NCBI RefSeq assembly: GCF_001194135.2
Contig: NC_068984.1
Coordinates: forward strand, 72,042,868 to 72,106,867
Source of the DNA: Octopus bimaculoides
Taxonomy: Eukaryota
Direction: 5' to 3'
DNA: 64,000 nt
The position numbers were made by a program, and so were the translations under genes. Shown one piece after another: positions 12,801 through 27,012 of the stretch. How positions within the stretch are numbered: position 1 is the first letter of the stretch; each line of letters begins with the position of its first letter. The notes under the pieces are model-generated. The model saw only the letters and a program-made list of their open reading frames with translations. It did not search any database and was not told where the DNA came from.

Positions 12801-15800
12801 TTCTTCTTGTTACTGATGATAGGTGGCCGATGACTCAGTTTACTCGGTTTTAATCAAAATGGCATAAATATTTCATTAGTAAGTTGAAACCTTATGAAAT
12901 GGTTTCAGAAAGATCACATCAATTATAGAGTATTCTTAAAATGATTCTACCTTTAGACTAACTGTGAACTAATGAAAGATTGTTGTTTAAGTGATAATGT
13001 AGTATGTGCAAATTAAGTTATTCTCAGTTCATTTAATTGATTCACTTTCTCACTTTTGTTTTTAATATCGATGATATTGCATAGGTTTACAAATGGAAAA
13101 TTGACACATTAATGAATACTCAGCTTCTCGGATTATATTTTTCATACGAACATTTGCTGGAACAACTAGATAAAGACGTGTAATGGAACATATATTCTCC
13201 AATACTTCTTACAATCCCGTAAATGAACTGTGCTTCGATTACCCTGGCTAATAGGTAAATTAAATTTCTATGATTAGCAGTTGTCATTTTGATTTACTGA
13301 TGATTTTTTAAATTTTACTGATTTTCAAACGGAGAGAGTAAAGGACAATAACGATCGTAAGAAAATCACAGGGATCCTAATCCTGAAACGTTCCATCGTG
13401 TATAAATAATCTCATTTGTCATTGCAATTTAAGGTGCAAATTAGATATGCTATGAGTTTCTAACTTGCATGGATTCGTCTTTTGATAACGAGTGAACAGA
13501 AAGGAATGTGTATGTAAAAGTAGAGATGGTATAATTTATATTAATGTAATTCATGCGACAATGATACACAGAGATGCTAATTTTAAAAGAAACTTTGCAA
13601 TAGAGGTTGACACATTTTTATGTAAGCATGCATCCTATACATACCGTGGATTGAATTTGTGTGTGAAACAGGTAATCCAAAATGCAACGCATATGATATT
13701 TGAATGGACTATTGCACCCCCGCTTGGCAACGCCAATAGCATTTTGTTTCTCAAATAATATCATGTTCCAATGATGCCAAACGATGATATTCTGTCGGCT
13801 GAGAATCAAAGACTTTCAAAATTGTAATGTCGTCAGCTCGTGCATTTCTCTGCTCTAACACTGTAAAATATAGTTTGCTTACACGTGAGGAATAATATCT
13901 CATATTATGTCACTGAACATCATTCTATAAACATATTTGAGTGTTGAAGGAATACTTTAAGTAAAAGGCTTAAGTAGAGGTGACCATTTGGAGTTACACG
14001 TTATAAGTCTTAAATGTCATTTGGGTTTAAAGCCGAAAGATAAGGTAGATTTCTGTCTTTACGAGTTTATATATAAGTTCTTACCGATGACTGAATAAAG
14101 AATATGTCGTGTAAAACTTAAACATGTTTTATATTTGAAAAACATCTGGTGCATTGTAATAACTGACATTAAATTAAATAAAACAAAATTGCATGCTGCT
14201 CACTGATGGCTATATTTTTTATACAGTAGCATATGTTTAATGGGTTTTTGAAATGTAGAAGTGAAAATATCTTTCAAATACACTTTATTTATACATATTA
14301 TTCTCTCCAGATATATTCAGTATTCACAATGTGTTCATGATTATGTCTCTCGGACGATTTGTGTTTGAAACTGACACACAGAATGTTTTATTGCAATCTG
14401 CACGTTAAGCTTTATATCAGTGAAAACTAGATTATAGAATAGAAGGAGAAAAACGGGAAAGATACAAAACGTTGGAAGGAAACATATGCAATATATACCT
14501 CGCAATCTTACATATTATTTTCTGGAACGTACATTTCTGACCCAAATGAGATTATAGAATCTGAGACTAAATGTTAATAGAAAATATAATCCTGAATAGT
14601 TATAGCTAGAATTATTATTCAAAATGCATTTACACCACATGGAATGTAACTGGCTAGTAATTTAGAGCAACTTCATCAAATCGATAGATTTTATCGTGTT
14701 AGGTTCAAAATATCAAATGTTTTCATATTCAATCTCATTTAGAAATCCTCTACAATTGACCGTTTTTCTTATTTGAATTATGTCCATATTTTTTTCTTCA
14801 TTGTTGATATGCATATGCTTCGTTTACGATGTGGAACCGTTATTGTAAGGCCTCTTTACCAATTATTCTTGTATCTAAAGCATTTTTGAAAACTGGAGAA
14901 AAGGCAAATCCTATTTGTCTTTGTAGTTGTAATTGTTGTGCTTTGGCATTCTTGATTAAATATAAATTCATTTAATTGTCGACCATTTTCCTTAGAGTTA
15001 TCCCATGCTTTTATCAGCAAATGTTCATGAAATTAACAGACGACTGACCGATAATTTAATCAAGTCTATGTATATCGTAATTGTTGATTATTGAAGTAAT
15101 ATTACGATGTAGGCTTCCCAGGACATCCAGAGCATTGTTGCAATGAATAGAGCTGTACACTTACATGTGCTAGGTTAATTACATTTAATGTTTCTTATAC
15201 TTATCCACTTCAAGCAGTTAAAATTTCTAATGCCAAACTGGTCTTGAATGGTATTGACAATTACTCAAGAAATATTATGTATTAATAGTTTCACACATAA
15301 CGCTAACATTTGTGGACATATTTATGATACATAGCGAGCTTCTGCATCATTCCAAATCCACTTAGTGTATACTAAAGCTACTAAATGTTATGGCTTGCTG
15401 CCAATATTTGAAATCAATTCTTACTCTTACTTCAACAACTATTTTGAATGATTGAAATGAATGCATTAATTAAATGAAACATGAAGAAAATTATTGCAGT
15501 AGTATTTTCATTTTCTGTGTTATTTTACTAATATAGCTTACTATTTTTGCTATCATTTAAAATATTTTAAAGCGATACACGTTTATTCATTACCCTGTGG
15601 TTATATTAATACGATTGTCATATGTCTCGCCTTTATTCATACGTGCAGCGATAAAAGCGTAAATCCATTTATAATCATGACGCAGTGCTTGCACAATACA
15701 CAAACATTTGATGTTAATAGCATAAAGTCACTGAGAGTGACGTCTTTCGTGTGGTATTATGGATGCTTTTCCATAGAAGAATTAAATTCCCCTCAGCAAC

Positions 15801-16319
15801 GCAAACCAATGAAGTTATCCGCAATATTTTATTGCTTGATTAGATGTCTAGAAGATAATAATAAAATTAGACAATAGCATGAATGCGAATGACCGATTTT
15901 ACTGAATTTGACTCAGTCGTCTCTGATTTTAGGGTAATACTATACACAAATTCAGAGCAATGAACCATAAGTATTATAACTAGCATTCGTAATGTTCAAA
16001 GTAAAAGCAAAACACTGGTTAACACACTTCTTACTGACTTCAGTTTTGTGTTTCTTCTTAGTTAATGTTGATATGCTAATTTCAAATATGGCATCTGTTG
16101 TTTTCTAATTCATCAAGTTTTCATTCTATTGCAAATCCCTATTTTATTATGTACCGTATAAATAATTCATTTGGTTAGGATAGATTACTAAGTTATAATA
16201 TCAAAAGAATATGAAATGATAAAAGAAATGTAAGATAGCATCACCTTTTGCTAAATACATACTGTTTTTCTTTTTTATCTAATATGATGGATAAAACACA
16301 AACCATCATATTTCATACA

Positions 16320-16874
16320 CACAGAACAAAATTCTGCTTGCGAGTGCTTCTGGAGTGTTTCATGTCTACACAGTCACTTTAAATACAGTAGTCTGCCATC
16401 ACGCGTATTTTCAATCTGCTTTGATATCTCTCCTCCATAATCTTGCGTGCTTGATGAAAACGCTCACCATGCTCATCGCCCACGTTTTCGAGATTAGCAG
16501 GAAATTCATCAAGATGGCTATTTCATCTGAGTGAAGCACCGGAAGAATTGCTGGATTCAGATTTGGGTAATCAGAAGTCTTTGTGAGACAAAAATAGCAA
16601 TCGTTTACATGGTTCTTTGGTTCTCGCTATACCATCAGAATGCCAAACGTTAGTTATTTCCTGGTGCCCTTTGTCCATTGGTGTAAAATTTCGACACAAG
16701 GTTTACATGAATTTTGCGGGACCCACGATTTATCATGATCAATAATTTTTATCTTAAAGTTAACCAAGTAGGATCGTTTCATAAAGTTCATTCATTGACT
16801 TGGAACTGTAAAACAACCACATATATAACAAAATTATCAAGGGAATTCAAACATTCCCTTCGCAACGAAGCCAT
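16320..16874 (-). mobile_element. Chapaev3-like deletion derivative: transposase N-terminus fused to its C-terminus
   Basis: ATG at 16874: MASLRRECLNS.DNFCYICG..; DHDKSWVPQNSCKPCVEILHQWTKG..FGILMV*REPKNHVNDCYFC; YPNLNPAILPVLHSDEI. This joins directly to LDEFPANLENVGDEHGERFHQARKIMEERYQSR...MADYC. Confidence 0.8.
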
Positions 16875-19800
16875 GCTACTGATCCCTGCGTTATTTCATT
16901 ATATAAATGTGGAAAGAGAGAAAATACTAAAGAACATATATTTATATCTAGGTTTGTCTAAATACATGGATAAGATGAATTTTCAACAGAACAGTTTTTT
17001 TATTATTTTTTTGTACATTTGTGGATAATAAGAGAGATTACTAATGCAGATACAGATGGTGAAACGTTGGGTCACACAGCTATTAGGAACACCCTTCTAC
17101 ACAGGTGCATATATTAGGCCTACAGAACGTCACAAACTCCTCGCTGAGTGTTCAGCTGACACTGAGACTCTTACTTCTAACATACCCTACAAAAAACACA
17201 TAAAAACATTTCTGAAACATGGAGCTACGAGTGGGGCCAATATATGCCAGCCCATAGAAAAACACCACGATAGAAATAAACTATAGCTATTTCTTAACTC
17301 AGTGACGCCAAATTATCCAAACACAAGCAGAAAATAGTTATAATTTGTTAGTCAGTGTAATATACGTTCACATTTTTCTATAAAGTCGGTGAAACTATAA
17401 GCCTGGCGTTAAATGCTAACTGTATATTTATTTACTTGTTATTAGATAGGCTGTTACATGGTAAGTATATTACAAACATATCGAATTTTTCTCACTTCCT
17501 TAATATTGCAATGCTACTGTTTAAGTGAAAAGCGTGTCATTCTGGAATTTATTTATCAAGAGAATGTGAAATGAAGCTTTGTAATATTTTCTGATTACAA
17601 ACACCTCAAAAATCTAGAGTTGGAGTAGAAAGCACAATAAAGTTACTGATAAGTGCTCTTTGCATGATTGTGTGGCGCAAACTTTTCAAAGATACTCTCA
17701 AAATTTGCCTTAAATTACATCCTCGAGAAATTTATTGCTGATCTAGAACACTTAGAATGGCATCAGAACAAAGAATTAGTCAATGCTCCAAATCATCTGC
17801 ATGAGGAAAAAAACTATGATTTCACCGAACAAGAATTAGACAACTAGATTTCAGTGGAAGCACGTTGGAATCCAAAAGCCTAGAGTGACAAATCCCTTAA
17901 CTCGGATCACCGAGCACTTTTGAATAACTTGCAGATCCAATTTTTGTATTAAATTAGTTACAGACGCTATGCATCACATTTGCAGTTTTTTGGGTCATTT
18001 ACTGAATTTCATAACATCCGCCTCTATGATGGAAAATGTTAAGAATCATAGGTTGTAGTAATATGGCTTGTTATTCACAATTGTTTAAATATGATCAAGT
18101 ATCTAGTAATGTGAGGCAACACACACCACTGATGATAAAACATTGAGGTTTCAGTGCTAATTGTTTTAAGGAGTAACCGATATTTCATAAAACATATGCA
18201 GAAACGTCCATATGACCCATGTCTATGTAAATAATGATTTAATGGTATTAAGTATGAAAGAGAATGCGTAACATTGACAGCACAGTGTAACTTATGAAAT
18301 TATGCAAACTTTCTATATATTTAACTGAATCTAATTTTGTTTGTATGAAAAGCCAAAACGTTTAAACCTATGAAATCTACTACGCTGGACTTCCGTTAAA
18401 TTTGAATTACATTTAAGTATAATACAAACACATATAGTCATTCAAAAAGAAACTAGATGATGGTGTGAATAAAGTCGAGTCCTGGAAATTTATGGACACG
18501 AAGCTTGCGTCCATGGTTCATTAAATTAAGTGAATCGATTTGTACGTGTTTACAAATCCATTGGAACATTTCATCTATCAATATAAGATCGTTATAATGT
18601 TATATTTAAGCTGTCAAATATATGTGTTACTTGCTAAGTTGAAAAAGTTATTCCTGGTGTATGTGTGAACGTGTGAGTGCGCGTGTGTATGTGTGTGCGT
18701 GTGTCGTGTGTGCGTGCGTGCGTGCGTGCATGCGCGCGTGTGTGCATGGACTATCGGTATTCCTTATATTATTTGAAAGCTTGGTAATACTTGTTAATGT
18801 AATTAAAGCCCATATGGTGAACAAGGTAAATTGTTATGACTGGCCATATATTTAACTTCTATTTTACAATTCACGATAAAATAACCAGAAGAAAAGTAAA
18901 ATATTTTATGTCTAGAAATGTTTCATTTCAGCACTTTTGAACAGGCTCTTTCTTTGTGGTGTTTTCCTGATTTTCTTCTAGTAACTTACTATTTGCACGT
19001 TGCATGTTGTTTATCCAGTCTGCAGCTGCAGTTAGTCCCTCTTGAAACATTCGTCAGATTACCCTAAATCAAATGCCCTTGTTATTTGATGAATTTTGCT
19101 ATCTTGTTTTTTATTATTATTTTTTTTTTTTAACTTAATCGCTCATCATAAATTTTGACGTCTGTTTTAGATATTTTGCTTTATCTATTAAATTTATATA
19201 ATTTATTGTACGCTTTAAAAATTTGGAGTTGAGGCTTTACCTGTAATTTGTATTGGAGCGTTCTTTCATGGAATATATTGTGCCTTCTTTAGTCCTTTCT
19301 CATTGTTACAATTTGTTCTTACAAAATCGTCTATTCTCCTTTTATATTCTTTCTTCTTTTAGTTTGATTTCCGCGGCTACACTGGTCATTCTTCTTTTAT
19401 TTATTTTTTATTTATTTATTTATTCATTTTGGGTTGCATGTACGCTAAATGCACAGGAGAATATTTCAATATTTTTGGAGAGGAACATTTGTAAATTATC
19501 TTCTCCTTTGACGCATGCTATGATGAATGTTATACCGTTTTTGCAGCTGATGTATTTTTCTATTTTACGATGTATGCATTAATATTTCATAACAATCGTC
19601 ACTTGCTGTTTAGTAACATGTGCTGTTGTATTGCCAGTAAATAATTACAAAAAAGAAATGTACATTTTTCATACTGTTTACGCAGTTTATTTACAACATA
19701 TTTGTAATTCATTTGGACAGGATATTTTTCAAAATAATTCCACTTGCCAAAACACACCGGGATTCTAAACTGTGTGACATCACACTAAGGGAATATCTAT

Positions 19801-20120
19801 ATATTTATCTCTATATTCTATGGTTCTGTAAGATTTCTAACATTACTACCATTGCACATTATAATAGCAATGCAATATCCGTATAGATGTTACAATAACA
19901 ATTTTGATTTAGTGGTAATTTTGCTTTCAACTGTAAAGAAATGAAAGTAAATAAATGTCTACTCTAACGGGACTTGAGCTGAGAAGATAAACCGATATAT
20001 TTATGCTATTATCAGGTAAATTTATACCTCTAAGTAATACAATTTAAAGTTAACTAAACACAAATGAGATAAGTTTATTTTATGTACGATTATATATTTT
20101 GTAACTATACTAGGTAGTAC

Positions 20121-20347
20121 AAGGCAGCGAGCTGGCAGAAGCGTTAGCACGCCGAGCGAAATGCTTAGCGGTATTTCCTCGCTCTTTATGCTCGGAGTTC
20201 AAATTCTGCCTAGGTCGACTTTGCTTTTCATCATTTCGAGGGTCGATAAATTAAGTAAGTTAAGTACCAGTTGCGTACTGAGATCGATCTAATATACTAG
20301 ATCCCTCCCGCAAAGATGTCGAGCCTTGTGCTTAGAGTAGAAAAAAA
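20121..20347 (+). mobile_element. Full-length SINE family A (octopus-type tRNA-related SINE)
   Basis: aaggcagcgagctggcagaagcgttagc (A-box-like) ... ggagttcaaattc (B-box-like) ... gtcgataaattaagtaccagttgcgtactg...gccttgtgcttagagtagaaaaaaa. At least six related copies occur in the window. Confidence 0.85.
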
Positions 20348-21659
20348 CTATAGTATACGTTAACGTTTACATCTACACAGCATGTTGAGTCCATAATCGG
20401 ATGCCTTATTCTTGGATAAGAGTATGCTGGATATCTGTGTGTAAAGTAGGAAAATGATTTATTTTTAAAATAAACACTTCAGATATGAGCATGATATGCA
20501 AACCTTTTATGTTTATTTCCATGTCTCCCAAAGCATATCGGCCGTCGTCATTTGTTAATGATTGTCGACATTAATTGCTAAATATACAGCTGCTTTGAGG
20601 TTTCAGTTAATAGGTTTCAAGTGTAATTCCTCAATTGCATTAAACGATGTTAATCCCAAATAATATTTACTCTCCTATTTATCTTTTTAGAGTGTCCGTG
20701 TTCTCTTTTATTAGATTACCAGCAAATGCATGTAATATTATTCTTACGGCTTTCTCACTGAAGACAAAAGCAGTGAAGATTTATATCTGGATAATGTATT
20801 CCCGAGTATCTCAGTTTTTGCAGATATGTTGCCATGCAGAAGAATCACAGAAGATTGAATTATATGTTCGATTATGTATTTGAGTGTAACTACGAAAATC
20901 GTATGGAGAGTCTCATTCTTGTCGCAGCGTAACGTAAATAACACTTTTGTGAGGCATGCACCTCCATTTCATAGGAATGCTGTAATTATTTCTGACAATA
21001 CAGATACCCATATGCTCAATTGAAACCAATACTAAATTGCTTCAAACATTTTTACAGATATTGTTAATCCTCCAAAGAGAATTGTTGAAGCCTGCGTTGG
21101 CAAATCTTCAGTTATTCAGGAAAATTGACACACGCAGTGGAAAACCTAAAGTTTAAGACTGAACCCTTCTTCAAGCTAAATTTAACAGGAGAGCATTTAG
21201 AATGCTGCTGTGTTCTAAATCCTGTATGTTGAGAAAATGGCTCCAACATATGAGGAATGTAAGACAGCGTGAGCTCCATACATATTCTGAGAAATAAGAG
21301 AATTTTGGTGGGGAATCTAAATTAAATTATGAAGCGTAGTGCGATTGAGAGTAAAAAGGAGGAGGATGAAATGTGAATAGAAGGACCAGAACGGAATTAC
21401 TGAGCAAAGAGTATATGTAAGATTAGAAGAAAACAAATCCAATTAAGCCTGTATATTGACACGTTTGATATTGTCATTTAGTGCAAGTTTCGAAAGTGAA
21501 AGAAACTAGAATTAGGTTTGTTGGTGTGTCTAACAAGGTTTGGCGGAATGAAGGGGCCTCAAAGGATTGAATATAATCTCTATAAGAAATAAATGTTGCA
21601 TATTATTTACTTGGATTCTAAATTTGCATTGAAGTTGCAGAATCGACAATCCCGAAGTA

Positions 21660-22620
21660 AATGAGACGATGTGATGGGAGATTTAGTGCATCAGGACTGA
21701 AAGAAACGGCAGCAGAGATAGGGACGCAGTCCTGTAGTAGACAGAGGTTGCGAAATAGACATTGTTTATAGTCATGAAGATATAGCGGAATTGTATTCCA
21801 GTACAGGGTGAAAGACGTAAACGAAAGATACGAAAACAGTAAGCTGTTGTATGATGTCTGGTGTAGTAGTGATACAATCAACTATATAACAACCGTACAC
21901 CTCTGCAATGGTCCATCAAATTGGTCAACGATGTGCTTACCAATGATATTAATTACGTAAGAGTGTAGTCTACTGAACTTTGCATACCTATAACCCATTC
22001 TGTCTTTTGCAGACAGCAGTAATTTCGATGTAAAAGTTTCTAGAAAATCAGTTAGGACAATCTTAGCTACGCGAAGGATTTGGGTAGTGGCAGGTACAAG
22101 TATAGTTCGCTGGTCTTCGAAATGTTTAAGGGCCGGTAGACTTCTGGTGTCTAAGATATCTGTGTCTTGTGATTATTTTGGACTGCCCAGGCGGACGAAG
22201 CGATATATATAAATAGGTTTAAGTCGTGATTTTTACTTTCAATATAAAACAAGATCAAGAGCGAGAATATTATTTCAAATCATGGCAGGAGGATCTCAGT
22301 AATGCAACTACAGGTGGAGACGATATGACCATCAGGAGTACCTAGTGTGAGTAATGAGGACAAATTATATTGTGGTGGTTGGGATTTTGATTACATTGGA
22401 GTTAAGAACAGGTGGTAGAAGCGAACTGGAATAGATAAGTTCATACACCATAGTGAACAGGATTTTGAGAATGGCGAATGAAAACGTTACCTCTCTGGCT
22501 CTTAAAGGAGAGTCCTTCGATCCTGTGGAGGACTTCCTGGCGATGAGGGGGTGCCTCGCAAGTCTACAAGGATGCCTCAGTTGTCATCCAGTTTAATAAC
22601 GATGTCTCGCATTTTGCAGA
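21660..22620 (-). mobile_element. Penelope-like element reverse transcriptase, heavily decayed
   Basis: Minus strand: GTPDGHIVSTCSCITE (PGRPIVS motif); ALKHFEDQRT..PATTQILRVAKIVLT; RMGYRYA; DQFDGP..EVYGCYIVDCI (degenerate YIDD); SYLSFTSFHP (YL.F.S.HP thumb motif). Confidence 0.75.
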
Positions 22621-23460
22621 GATTCCTGAAGACATTGCTATCAAAAAAGATACGTTTGAGATACTTTATGAGTTGTTAACTTTTGAGTCTCCAAATTCGA
22701 AACGACATTCATGGACAAATGAATAAGTTTAAACCAACCCAAACTTTGTTCCCAGTAAGAATTGTGCTTTTAACGTTGGTGATCGGAGCTTATGATTATC
22801 TTTTGTGGAAGGTTTACGTTGTGACCGACGCAGGAAAAATCTTGTTTAGGCACAAAGAAAATGTATTGATGATAACGAGTTAATAATTTTCTTTTCACGT
22901 TTCATTTATTTGCGTTGTTTTGAGCTCATTAGTATTTATTTTGAACTTCGCTCTTCTTTGTACAGTTTGGCTTATAATATCCTTTTTCAAACTATTATCC
23001 TGCTGGAAGAAAGTTTTGAAGCATAGCTGTGCAGAGTAAGAAAATTTTATTAATTGGAAAGGAGATGATCGATAATGTTCACATGTCCCACACAGGTTAA
23101 ACCTGCAAATTATTCGATATACCTTTTCTAGAGGAACATATATCCACCAGAATTGTATATATAAATTCAAAATATTCATATTCTTGAGGTGTGGTTTCCA
23201 ACTACGTATGAATAGGTACTGCTGAATGATATTCCTTATAATAATTCACATCATCGGCACATTGCAAGTATATAGAGGTTATGACGATAAAATTGACTTT
23301 AGTTCTTGAATATTACTTTGTTATCGAGATTTGCTGCATGAAGGAAACAATATCTTGCAGCACCATTTGACTGCAAAAGACAAAACTAGTGCACTTGAAA
23401 GTGACCATTTTTTCAGCTCAATTTCGTATCAGTCAATCCACCAGCTTTTGTCAATATTAG

Positions 23461-23590
23461 TTTCAAATTGAGGTATAAGTCAGCAATTTCGTGGGAGGGG
23501 ATAAGTCCATTACATTAACTCCTCTGCTTAATTAGTACTTATTTTATCAGCCCCGTAATGACGAAAGTCAAACTCGATCTGGGTAATATT
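23461..23590 (-). mobile_element. Degenerate 3' half of SINE family A
   Basis: gtgggaggggataagtc...tagtacttattttatc...aaagtcaaactcg resembles the reverse complement of 20200-20340. Confidence 0.55.
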
Positions 23591-25004
23591 GGAAGTAATT
23601 ATTGATCGAAATACTATTAACACAAGAGCTTCTCACCTCTTCGTAGCAATTCATTAACCATTTTCTAATTCGTTCTCTGTCTTCGAAATTTTCTTTCCAT
23701 TATTGTTCTTTCGTACTTTACTATATATGCTTCCGCTGCTTCTACTTTGACATCGTCATAATCAACTCAATCCTCCTCTTCATAATCATCATTAACATCA
23801 ACCAGTTATTTCTCGTCATCTTCCTAGAGGTTTACACTAATTTAGTTTATGTTCTAAATATCAGTGCCTTTTGGTTTTCCTTCCCTATTTCTGAATTTTT
23901 TTGTTTGTTTTTGTTTTCATTTCTCTAAATCTTATTTTTATTCAAATATTTTCTTTTAACTAACTGCATGATATAAAACGTACACAGCAGGCATTATATG
24001 CATAAATGCAGCGTAATTATTTCGTTATACAGAACATATAGCTTCTCACAAACTGTTTGTATTTTATATTTGTGTTTCTCACGATAAATACAACGATTCT
24101 TTGATATAATAAATTTACCTTCCGAAGAGTATTATTAACTGTCTTACGCTTGCCAATTTTCATTGACTTGATTTAATCTGATCATCAGAATAGAGTCTAC
24201 TTGATGCATTAATCTGAAGCAATTACTTTGTAAAGAGAACTATTTACTGCATAATGAGGACATTGTACTGAAATCATTTTATACATGTATACATATATAT
24301 ATATATATTCATGTATATGTGTGAGAGCACGAGTGGGGTGGTGGGGGCACTTGTGTGTATATGTATTCTGTCACATTTTCAAATATACAGATTCTTACTT
24401 TATTCATATTGTAGATAATGTTTTCTTACGTTCCCATCTGTTATGTTCGTCTAAAATTTACTGCGAATTAGAAAAGCAACATACTTCTTTCTACAAAGAT
24501 TACCGATGCATTTGCATCGACTCTTAGATTCCACACAGTATCAAATAAATATGTAAATAAACAATACATTCTTTACACGAGTATATTCGGAATGAATTCT
24601 AGAATATATGCGACAGTCTTAATTTTATTCACGAATCTATATTGTGATTGTGATTCAGAGCTATTGTTTCTGCTAATGCAAGCCATGTTGCTTTAGTTTT
24701 CTGACATGAAAATAAAATATACCACCAATTGGTTGAAATATAATAATGTATAATTTATTATTATTATTTAACCCATTTTGGATTCTTTTATAGCGATTAA
24801 CATAAAACGAGTGCCTCTTGTTTTCTTCATTTAAAGCTATAGGTATTCAAAAGTTCATTAAAGATTATACCAAATGACAAAATCAAGAGTGTAATACCGT
24901 GGACTCAAAGAGGTTAGACTATCTAGATTATCACAAATATGTACAAGATAAATTCTTTTACTTGTTTCAGCATCCGTTTTCGTCGAACAATTTGATCTCA
25001 AGGC

Positions 25005-25090
25005 TTATTCTTTGTAAGCCTAGTACTTATTCCATCGGTCACTTTTACCGAACTGTTAGCTTACAGGGACGTAAACAAAACAACATCGGT
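25005..25090 (-). mobile_element. 3' part of SINE family B, split by nested insertions
   Basis: ttattctttgtaagcctagtacttattccatcggtc...ttacagggacgtaaac..aacatcggt is the reverse complement of the tail of the 49180-49575 copy. Confidence 0.75.
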
Positions 25091-25235
25091 TTACATAATT
25101 TATATTTGACGGATATTTGTCCTCATCTTGTTTGTTGTTAACACAACGTTTTGGCTGATATATCTTCCAGTATTCATCAGGTGTCTTTGGGAAATTTCGA
25201 ACCTGGGTTCTCATTCATAAGATATTTTTCGATGC

Positions 25236-25297
<62 letters not shown>

Positions 25298-25368
25298 TAA
25301 CTGCCTGGCATTGAACTCAGAATCTTGGGGTTAGTAGCCTGCGCTTTTAACCACTACGCCATATGCCC
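25091..25368 (-). mobile_element. tRNA-headed SINE with an internal (AAT)n spacer and a Penelope-type, hammerhead-like tail
   Basis: Head gggcatatggcgtagtggttaaaagcgc...gagttcaatgcc (A and B boxes). (AAT)n spans ~25237-25293. The tail contains acac-CTGATGA-a...cagcc-AAAA-cgtt-gtgt (25141-25184). Confidence 0.75.
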
Positions 25369-25841
25369 ACAACCTCTGAAAAATACATAGAAATACTTAA
25401 GCAAGGACTAACGAAAAAGGAGTTTTTATTCATGGAAGATGGGGCTCTATGCCACACAGCGAAAAGGAATCAACAATGGCTGACTGAAAATGGGATCAGG
25501 AAGCTTCCTTGGCCGAGCCAATCTCCTGAATTGAACCCAATTGAAAATCTTTGGTGCATACTAGACAGAGCTATATTAAAATCTCGACAGAAACCTAAAT
25601 CTAAAGATGAACTGTTTCGATTGTTGCGTGAAAAGTGGGCAGAAAATCCACAGGAGACAATCACAAAGCGCATCAGTTCAATGCTAAAAGGATTTTCTGA
25701 ATTACAAACTGCAAAGTGAATGTCAACTAAATACTAAAGTATGTAGTCCTATCTATCGATTACATTTCAATTGTTCGCTTTGCGTATTAAATAAAAGATT
25801 TTGAAAATTAAAGGTGTCTATTTACTTCTTGCATGTCTGTG
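25369..25841 (+). mobile_element. Tc1-family transposase 3' fragment with right end
   Basis: ORF 25363-25719: FMEDGALCHTAK...WPSQSPELNPIENLW (second D and E of the DD34E triad). A Tc1-like terminus ...cttcttgcatgtctgtg is followed by TA at 25842-25843. Confidence 0.9.
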
Positions 25842-25855
25842 TACTTATATATAAA

Positions 25856-26018
25856 CACGACAGGCTTCTTTCGGTTTTACGTCTGCCACATTCACTCACA
25901 AGGCTTTAGTCGGCCCGAGGCTACAGTAGAAGATACTTGCCCATGGTTCCACACAGTGAGACTGAATCCGGAACCATGTGGTTAAGAAGCAAGCTTCTTA
26001 CTACTCAGCCACTCCTGC
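25856..26018 (-). mobile_element. 5' part of SINE family B (tRNA head)
   Basis: Reverse complement gcaggagtggctgagtagtaagaagcttgcttcttaaccacatggttccggattcagtc...gccttgtgagtg..gaaagaagcc matches 49185-49322. Confidence 0.8.
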
Positions 26019-27012
26019 GACGCCAATAAAGCTTGTTTTATTTTCTGCAGCTAAACAACATTGTAGTATATAACATTAAATGTATGTGTAGACGCATATG
26101 TTTAATGTCCACGTATTATATTTGCAAATATGTTTGTATTTTTTTAATATTCTTCATAAGTTACATATTAAGAGATTTTAATCTCATATCGTTTAACTAT
26201 TCGAGGAAATAGAATACTTTAGTCACACACTGATTCTTCTTATGGCTATAAGTTGCACCAACCTCATTCAGTGAAACATATTTTGATAACAAAATACAGT
26301 CTATCATTTTAAACATGAAAGATATTTAGCAACTATAAAAGTTTTGTAGTAATACTTCAAGCCTTAAAACTAATCTCAGAATCGATCATAAAAAGTCGCC
26401 ATGAGTCAACACATTCATTCAGTATCATGAATTACATTCAGTCTTTTTAGAGTACTTTCATTATGCCAAAAGATTATTGCATCATAGCATATAGTATGAA
26501 AATTGCTCGCTAGATTTATAATTTTAACTGACGTTATTTACATTCCAATCTGACATAAGAAGAAATGTCCTACCGAATGTCATTTGTAAGAAACAAAATG
26601 TGACTCACAAATTAAAATAACTTAACGTACTGCTCTATTTCGTACACAATTCGAGACTTTATATCACCAAATAACAATACATTTATTGAAATTATTTGGA
26701 TATCGCTTTTTTCTTACTGCGATATGAATTCATTTGTGAAAGTTAAATTCAGACATTGACAGTTTGCTTTCTACGTCCATCTTTCCTTACAGTAATAAAT
26801 CTTAAGTGTCTGCACTAAAGAAATCCATACGAATTAAGACGATTGTTAGTAGTAGATGGATGTTTTATATAACAGGATGTTTTCTTTAAAAGTATCGAGC
26901 AGAGACATTTAATTCCCAGTTGTGTTAACGATGTAAACTTCTCTGGCTTGAACAATGTTATCAGCCTCAATTAAATGACCGACCTAAAGGGTAAATTCAG
27001 AAGTGAGATGGG

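Noticed and set aside
13645-13860. Minus-strand segment with a good acceptor (ttttacag) and donor (gtatgt)
   Set aside because: All three frames contain stop codons; at most a UTR exon.
17620-18050. Possible very old Tc1/mariner (maT-like) transposase
   Set aside because: Only a faint LKLHP.EI resemblance amid many stops, with no catalytic motif or TIR.
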